From a bacterium (GTDB lineage Bacteria; UBA8248), in the NCBI GenBank assembly GCA_965199855.1, contig OZ241326.1, positions 2,560,001 to 2,624,000 on the forward strand: DNA of 64,000 nt, written 5' to 3'. The notes under the pieces were generated by a model. That model saw nothing but the letters and a program-made list of their open reading frames with translations. It was not told the origin of the DNA and made no database searches. A program made the translations under genes and the position numbers. Of the stretch, positions 58,188-64,000 are shown in pieces; position 1 is the first letter of the stretch, and every line of letters starts with the position of its first letter.

Positions 58188-58556
58188 TCACAAGACCTCG
58201 GGGGCGAGGGAGACGATGCGCATGAACCGCTTGCGCCTCAGCTCGCGGGCGACGGGCCCGAAAATGCGCGTCCCCATCGGCTCGCGCGCCTCGTTGATGA
58301 TGACGACGGCGTTGTCGTCGAAGCGAATGTAGGTGCCGTCCTCGCGCCCGGTCTCCTTGACGGTGCGCACGACCACGGCGCGCCGGACTTCGCCCTTCTT
58401 CACGGGGCTGTTCGGCATGGCCTCCTTGATCGCCACGACGATAATGTCGCCGATTCGCGCGTATCTGCGGCGCGAGCCGCCCAGCACCTTGATGCACTGG
58501 GCGCGCTTGGCCCCCGAGTTGTCCGCCACGCTGCACATCGTTTCGGCCTGAATCAT
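58188..58556 (-). CDS. rplN: 50S ribosomal protein L14
   Basis: [30 protein letters not shown]. Confidence 0.98.
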   Translation of the reverse strand: MIQAETMCSVADNSGAKRAQCIKVLGGSRRRYARIGDIIVVAIKEAMPNSPVKKGEVRRAVVVRTVKETGREDGTYIRFDDNAVVIINEAREPMGTRIFGPVARELRRKRFMRIVSLAPEVL

Positions 58557-58568
58557 CGCTCCCGTTCC

Positions 58569-58829
58569 CTATTTCGTGCGCTCGATCACGTCGAGAAGAC
58601 GCCAGCGCTTCCGGCGGCTCAGCGGTCTGGATTCGATGATCCGCACCCTGTCCCCCGCGTTGAGGGAGTTCTCCTCGTCGTGCACCAGATATTTCTTGTG
58701 CCTGCGCACCACGCGCTTGAAGGTCGAATGCTTGAAGATGCGCACCACCTCAACGGCCGCCGTCTTGTCCATGGCGCTGCTCACGACCCTGCCTTCCCGA
58801 ACCTTTCGCCTGCCCCGCGCCTCACTCAT
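58569..58829 (-). CDS. rpsQ: 30S ribosomal protein S17
   Basis: GRVVSSAMDKT, HDEEN, ESRPLSRRKRW. Confidence 0.97.
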   Translation of the reverse strand: MSEARGRRKVREGRVVSSAMDKTAAVEVVRIFKHSTFKRVVRRHKKYLVHDEENSLNAGDRVRIIESRPLSRRKRWRLLDVIERTK

Positions 58830-59048
58830 TTACGACCCCTCTGCCCCCTCGCCCGCGCTCTCGCCCTTGCGCGCGCGCCTCGAAGTGAGCACCCGCGCCA
58901 GATCGCGCCTCAAAAGGCCGATGCGCGCCGTGTTGTCCAGCTGGCCCGTCGCCTTGCGGAAGCGCAGGTTGAACAGCTCCTGGCGCAATTCCTTCTCCTT
59001 CGCCCCGAGTTCCCCGTCGCTCAAATCGTGAACCTCGCTGTACTTCAC
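58830..59048 (-). CDS. rpmC: 50S ribosomal protein L29
   Basis: [21 protein letters not shown]. Confidence 0.96.
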   Translation of the reverse strand: MKYSEVHDLSDGELGAKEKELRQELFNLRFRKATGQLDNTARIGLLRRDLARVLTSRRARKGESAGEGAEGS

Positions 59049-59470
59049 GCCGTCATGCCCCTAGCCGAAGAGGTCAGAATCCTCGTCTTGCATGGCAGCT
59101 TCTGGGCGGCGAGCCGAAGCGCCTCGCGAGCGATGTCCTCGGCTACGCCATCCATCTCGTAGAGCACCTTGCCCGCGCGCACGGGCGCCACCCAGGATTC
59201 GGGCGCGCCCTTGCCTTTGCCCATGCGAACCTCGGCCGGCTTCTTGCAGATGGGCTTGTCGGGGAAGAGGCGAATCCATATCCGCCCGCCGCGCTTGACG
59301 TGGCGCGTCATGGCGATGCGCGCCGCCTCGATCTGGCGCGCCGTGATGTGCGACGTCTCCAGGGTCTGAAGCCCGTAGGAGCCGAACGCGAGCGTCGAGC
59401 CGCGCTGGGCTTTCCCGTCCAGCCGCCCCTTCTGCATCTTCCTGAACTTCGTTCGCTTCGGCTGCAGCAT
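59045..59470 (-). CDS. rplP: 50S ribosomal protein L16
   Basis: [18 protein letters not shown]. Confidence 0.98.
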   Translation of the reverse strand: MLQPKRTKFRKMQKGRLDGKAQRGSTLAFGSYGLQTLETSHITARQIEAARIAMTRHVKRGGRIWIRLFPDKPICKKPAEVRMGKGKGAPESWVAPVRAGKVLYEMDGVAEDIAREALRLAAQKLPCKTRILTSSARGMTA

Positions 59471-59490
59471 CTTCCGCTCCTAGACGCCCG

Positions 59491-60156
59491 CTACGATCCC
59501 GCAGGCTGGGAAGCCGGCGTCCTTCTCGCGTGACGAATCATCTCGCCCCTGAATATCCACACCTTCACCCCGATGATTCCATAAGTCGTGCGGCCCTCGG
59601 CGAAGCCGTAGTCAATGTCCGCGCGCAGGGTCTGGAGCGGCACGCGCCCCTCGCGGTACCACTCGGTTCGCGCAATCTCGGCGCCGCCCAGCCTGCCGGA
59701 GCATTGAATCTTCACGCCCTTGGCGCCGAAGCGAAGGGCGGAGGTGACCGCCTTCTTCATCGCGCGGCGAAAGGCGATGCGGCGCTCGAGCTGCATGGCG
59801 ATGTTCTCCGCCACGAGCTGGGCGTCCATCTCCGCCTTGCGCACCTCCTTGATGTTCACGTTCACCTGGTTGCCGGTGAGCTCCTGCAGATCCGCCTTCA
59901 GCCTATCCACCTCCGCGCCGCGCTTTCCGATAATGATGCCCGGCCGCGCCGTCCAGATGTTGATGCGCGCGCGCTGGCTGGCGCGCTCGATCTCCACGCT
60001 GCTCACCCCCGCGTGGGCGAGGCGCTCCTTCACGTATTTGCGGATGCGCAGGTCGGCGAGCAGCAGATCGCCGAAATTGCGCTTGGCGAACCAAGCCGAA
60101 TTCCAGCCCCTGGTGATGCCGACACGAAATCCGACGGGGTGAACCTTCTGACCCAT
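59491..60156 (-). CDS. rpsC: 30S ribosomal protein S3
   Basis: [32 protein letters not shown]. Confidence 0.98.
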   Translation of the reverse strand: MGQKVHPVGFRVGITRGWNSAWFAKRNFGDLLLADLRIRKYVKERLAHAGVSSVEIERASQRARINIWTARPGIIIGKRGAEVDRLKADLQELTGNQVNVNIKEVRKAEMDAQLVAENIAMQLERRIAFRRAMKKAVTSALRFGAKGVKIQCSGRLGGAEIARTEWYREGRVPLQTLRADIDYGFAEGRTTYGIIGVKVWIFRGEMIRHARRTPASQPAGS

Positions 60157-60158
60157 GC

Positions 60159-60503
60159 CTATCCTCCCTCGCCCGCTTCGCCGATGTCCACGCGAATGTG
60201 GCAGCTCCTGTGCTTGACGCGGCCGATGCGCCCGCGCGCGCGCGCGCGAAACCGCTTGAGCGTCGGTCCCGTGTCGACTTGCACGCTCTTCACGATCAGG
60301 CCCTCGGGGTCGTCGCTCTCCCCCTTGTCGGTCGCGTTCGCCAGCGCGGAGAGAAGAACCTTCTCCACCACCTTCGCCGAGGATCGCGTGGAGAGGCGCA
60401 AAAGCGTGAGGGCGTCCGATACGCGCCTGCCTCGAATCATGTCGGCCAGCTGGCGCGTCTTGCGCGGCTTGGCCCGGTAGTACTTCAAGGTCGCCTTCGA
60501 CAT
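60159..60503 (-). CDS. rplV: 50S ribosomal protein L22
   Basis: [28 protein letters not shown]. Confidence 0.96.
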   Translation of the reverse strand: MSKATLKYYRAKPRKTRQLADMIRGRRVSDALTLLRLSTRSSAKVVEKVLLSALANATDKGESDDPEGLIVKSVQVDTGPTLKRFRARARGRIGRVKHRSCHIRVDIGEAGEGG

Positions 60504-60538
60504 GTCTCCGGTTTCCCGTCCCGCCTTTCTCAGAAAGC

Positions 60539-60823
60539 CTATTTCAGCGTCACCTGCCGCTTCGTCATGCCCGAATGCGAGCGAAACGTGCGCGTGGGGG
60601 AGAAGTCCCCGAGTTTGAAGCCCACCATGTTCTCCGTCACATAGACGGGGATGAATTTCTTGCCGTTGTGCACGGCGAACGTATGCCCCACGAAGTCGGG
60701 GATGACGGTGGAGCGCCTCGACCAGGTCCGGATCATCCGCTTCTCGCCGCTTTGATCCATCGTCTCCACCTTTTTGCGGAGATGATCGTCGATGAACGGC
60801 CCTTTATGAAGAGAACGAGGCAT
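60539..60823 (-). CDS. rpsS: 30S ribosomal protein S19
   Basis: [30 protein letters not shown]. Confidence 0.97.
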   Translation of the reverse strand: MPRSLHKGPFIDDHLRKKVETMDQSGEKRMIRTWSRRSTVIPDFVGHTFAVHNGKKFIPVYVTENMVGFKLGDFSPTRTFRSHSGMTKRQVTLK

Positions 60824-60849
60824 CGCTGTCGAACCTCCCTGAAATCCGG

Positions 60850-61680
60850 CTACCTGGACTTTCTGCGCCGCACGATGAACTTGGAGGAGGGCTTGCCCTT
60901 CTTCCGCGTCTTGTAGCCCTTCGTCGGCTTGCCCCACGGGGTGACCGGGTGCCTGCCGCCCGAACTCTTTCCCTCGCCGCCGCCCAAGGGATGATCCACC
61001 GGGTTCATCGCCACGCCGCGCACGTTGGGGCGGCGGCCCAGCCAGCGCTTCCGCCCCGCCTTGCCGAGGCTCACGTTGGCGTGATCGGAGTTGCCCACCT
61101 CGCCTATCGTGGCGTAGCAGGAGAGGTGAATCATGCGCACCTCTCCGGAGGAGAGCCGAAACTGCGCGTAGTCGCCCTCCTTCGCCATGAGCTGGGCGCT
61201 CGCCCCCGCGCTGCGGGCGATCTGCCCGCCTCGCCCAGGCTTCATCTCGATGTTGTGGCACGTCGTGCCGAGCGGAATCCGCGCCACGGGCAGCGCGTTG
61301 CCCGTGCGAATCTCGGCTTCCGGCCCCGAGGCGACGGTGTCGCCCACTTCCAGCCCCCCGGGCGCGAGGATGTAGCGCTTCTCTCCGTCCAGATAAACGA
61401 TGAGCGCCAAGCGCGCGGATCGGTTCGGGTCATATTCAATCGTGCGCACCTTGCCGGGCACGCCCGTCTTCTCGCGCCGGAAGTCCACCGCCCGATAGCG
61501 GCGCTTGTGGCCTCCGCCCCTCTGGTAGGTGGTAATGCGTCCCCGGTTGTTGCGCCCGCCGGACTTCGACATTCCCTTGGTGAGGGTCTTCTCGGGCCGC
61601 TCCGCCGTGATCTCCTCGCGCGTGAGAACATCCTGAAATCTCCGTCCGGGAGAAGTCGGCTTGTATTTTCTGACCGGCAT
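60850..61680 (-). CDS. rplB: 50S ribosomal protein L2
   Basis: [25 protein letters not shown]. Confidence 0.98.
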   Translation of the reverse strand: MPVRKYKPTSPGRRFQDVLTREEITAERPEKTLTKGMSKSGGRNNRGRITTYQRGGGHKRRYRAVDFRREKTGVPGKVRTIEYDPNRSARLALIVYLDGEKRYILAPGGLEVGDTVASGPEAEIRTGNALPVARIPLGTTCHNIEMKPGRGGQIARSAGASAQLMAKEGDYAQFRLSSGEVRMIHLSCYATIGEVGNSDHANVSLGKAGRKRWLGRRPNVRGVAMNPVDHPLGGGEGKSSGGRHPVTPWGKPTKGYKTRKKGKPSSKFIVRRRKSR

Positions 61681-61695
61681 GACGTTCGCCCCAAC

Positions 61696-61983
61696 TCAAG
61701 CGGATTCAAAAAATTCGATGGCGTCGCCCTCGCGCAGCGTCACGATCGCCTTCTTCCACGGCGGCTTGCGGCCCTGGCGCCGCCCCATGCGGACGCTCTT
61801 GCCGGGCACCCGCATCGTGTTCACGTTGAGCACCGCGACGCTGAAGAGCTCCTCCACCGCGTTTTTGATCTCTATCTTGTTGGCATCCATGGCGACCTCG
61901 AAGACGACCTTGTTGGCCTCCTCCGAGCCGGCGACGCTCTTCTCCGTCACGCAGGGCCGGCGAATGATGAACGTGCTCTCCAC
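61696..61983 (-). CDS. rplW: 50S ribosomal protein L23
   Basis: [25 protein letters not shown]. Confidence 0.96.
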   Translation of the reverse strand: MESTFIIRRPCVTEKSVAGSEEANKVVFEVAMDANKIEIKNAVEELFSVAVLNVNTMRVPGKSVRMGRRQGRKPPWKKAIVTLREGDAIEFFESA

Positions 61984-61986
61984 GCC

Positions 61987-62625
61987 CTAGCCCGCCAGTC
62001 TCTGCTCGATGTCGCCGAGCGCGCCCTTGGTGCAGACCAGGTGCTCGTGGCCCATGATGTCGTAGACGTTGAGTCCCTCGGGCCGCATCGGTTTCGTCCC
62101 CTGGATGTTTCTCGCCGCCAATTCAAAATTCCTGTCCTCCGCGCCGTCCACGAGCAGCGATTTGCGCCCCAGCCCCAGACGCTCGATGACGCCCGCCATG
62201 AGGCGCGTCTTCGCCTCGGGGAGAGCGAGGTCGCGCACGACGAGGAGCTTCCCTTCCTTCCACTTCAGGTTGAGCGCGCTCAGGAGCGCGCTTCTTCTCA
62301 CTTTCTTGTTCACCTTGTGGCCGTAGGCGCGCGGCTTGGGGCCGAAGGTCGTTCCCCCGTGCCGCCAGATGGGAGATTTCACGTCGCCCGCGCGCGCGCG
62401 CCCCCCGCCCTTTTGCCGAAAGGGCTTGCCCCCCGTGCCGCGCACCTCACTGCGCGTCCGCGCGGAATGCGTGCCCGCGCGCCGCGCGGCGAGCTGCGCC
62501 TTCACCACCTGGTGAATCAGGTGCATCCTCACCTGCCCGTTGAAGACGGCTTCGGGCAGCTCCATCTGTTCTACCACCTCGCCCTCGAGGTCGTAGACGT
62601 CAACGCAGGGCATGTCGCTCCTCAA
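61987..62625 (-). CDS. rplD: 50S ribosomal protein L4
   Basis: [21 protein letters not shown]. Confidence 0.97.
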   Translation of the reverse strand: MRSDMPCVDVYDLEGEVVEQMELPEAVFNGQVRMHLIHQVVKAQLAARRAGTHSARTRSEVRGTGGKPFRQKGGGRARAGDVKSPIWRHGGTTFGPKPRAYGHKVNKKVRRSALLSALNLKWKEGKLLVVRDLALPEAKTRLMAGVIERLGLGRKSLLVDGAEDRNFELAARNIQGTKPMRPEGLNVYDIMGHEHLVCTKGALGDIEQRLAG

Positions 62626-63335
62626 CTCCCGCGCGCGGCCCGCTTGGAAGCTTTCAAGGGATTCAGGCTTCTGGTCTGCTCCTTCGGCTTCTCCAGACCG
62701 CCCCTGTTGCCCTTGACGCTCTTGCGCAGAACCAGAAACCCGTTGCTCGCTCCGGGCACCGCCCCCCGCAGCAGGAGCAGGTTCTCCTCGGGAACGATGT
62801 CCACCACCAGAAGCCCCTGCGTGGTCACCTTCGCGCCGCCCATTTGCCCCGGCATCTTCTTTCCCTTGATGATTTTCGAGGGATAGGCCGAGGCGCCCAT
62901 CGCTCCAGGCAGGCGGTCGAACATGCCGCCGTGAGAGGCCGGCCCGCCGCCGAAGCCGTGCCTCTTCATCACGCCGGCGAAGCCGCGGCCCTTGCTCACG
63001 CCTGTAACGTCGAGGCGATCCCCCCGATCGAATATCGTGACGTCAATCAGGCTCCCCGCCTCGAGCTCCGCGTCCTCCTCCGTCAACGGCACCTCCCGGA
63101 GGTAGCGAAACGGCTGCGCGCCCGCTTTTTTGAAATGCCCCAAGGCCGCCTTCGAGAGACCTTTCTCCTTTCGGGACATATAGCCGAGCTGAACGGCCGC
63201 GTAGCCGTCCTTCTCTTCGGTCTTTTTCTGCACGACGGTGCAGGGACCGGCCTCGACCACCGTCACCGAAACCGCCCCGCCGTCCGGCGAGAACACCTGA
63301 GTCATCCCGATCTTGCGCCCCAGCAGAAATTCCAT
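62622..63335 (-). CDS. rplC: 50S ribosomal protein L3
   Basis: GRKIGMTQVF, SKGRGFAG.MKRH, KMPGQMG, GAVPG. Confidence 0.97.
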   Translation of the reverse strand: MEFLLGRKIGMTQVFSPDGGAVSVTVVEAGPCTVVQKKTEEKDGYAAVQLGYMSRKEKGLSKAALGHFKKAGAQPFRYLREVPLTEEDAELEAGSLIDVTIFDRGDRLDVTGVSKGRGFAGVMKRHGFGGGPASHGGMFDRLPGAMGASAYPSKIIKGKKMPGQMGGAKVTTQGLLVVDIVPEENLLLLRGAVPGASNGFLVLRKSVKGNRGGLEKPKEQTRSLNPLKASKRAARGS

Positions 63336-63349
63336 CCGTCTCGCCCCGC

Positions 63350-63658
63350 CTAGCTCAGCTTGATCTCGACGTCCACGCCGGCGGCGAGTTCGAGCTTCAT
63401 GAGCGCGTCCACCGTCTGCTGCGTCGGGTCCATGATGTCCACGAGCCGCTTATGCGTCCGAATCTCGAACTGCTCTCTCGATTTCTTGTCGATGTGCGGG
63501 CCGCGCAACACCGTATATTTGTTGATGGAGGTGGGCAGCGGCACCGGTCCCACGAGCGATGCTCCCGTCCGCTTCACCGTATCGACGATCTCGCCCACCG
63601 ATTGATCCAGCAGGCGGTGATCATACGCCTTCAGTCGAATCCGAATTTTTTGGCTCAT
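63350..63658 (-). CDS. rpsJ: 30S ribosomal protein S10
   Basis: [26 protein letters not shown]. Confidence 0.98.
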   Translation of the reverse strand: MSQKIRIRLKAYDHRLLDQSVGEIVDTVKRTGASLVGPVPLPTSINKYTVLRGPHIDKKSREQFEIRTHKRLVDIMDPTQQTVDALMKLELAAGVDVEIKLS

Positions 63659-63676
63659 GCCCGCCCGCTATTCCCG

Positions 63677-64000
<324 letters not shown>

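Overview
High-GC bacterial chromosome segment; gene content suggests a Nitrospinota/Tectomicrobia/deltaproteobacteria-like organism (inference only). Left arm (1-21.0 kb) is housekeeping: lnt, uvrC, uvrB, PBP1A, ftsY, smc, rnc, the yceD-rpmF-plsX-fabH-fabD-acpP-fabF cluster (no fabG), ppx/gppA and a gamma-carbonic-anhydrase-like gene. The centre (21.0-30.9 kb) is an accessory island of phage-tail-like genes: tail/hub-like, fibre-like, a membrane protein and a tape-measure-like protein. No capsid, terminase or integrase is recognisable in the window, and a tandem array of three paralogous lipoprotein genes interrupts the island. Both tail-gene blocks are preceded by an identical 21-bp motif (CGCATTTGCCCGCATTTGCGG) lying exactly 25 bp before a -10-like hexamer, and a third inverted copy points the other way. 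This suggests a co-regulated, possibly domesticated phage-derived particle (GTA- or tailocin-like). 30.9-48.1 kb holds metabolic genes, including a Na+-translocating acyl-CoA decarboxylase operon with a CoA-transferase and a GntR regulator. 48.1-64 kb is the canonical S10-spc-alpha ribosomal cluster ending in partial tuf. No rRNA, tRNA, CRISPR array or transposase was recognised.
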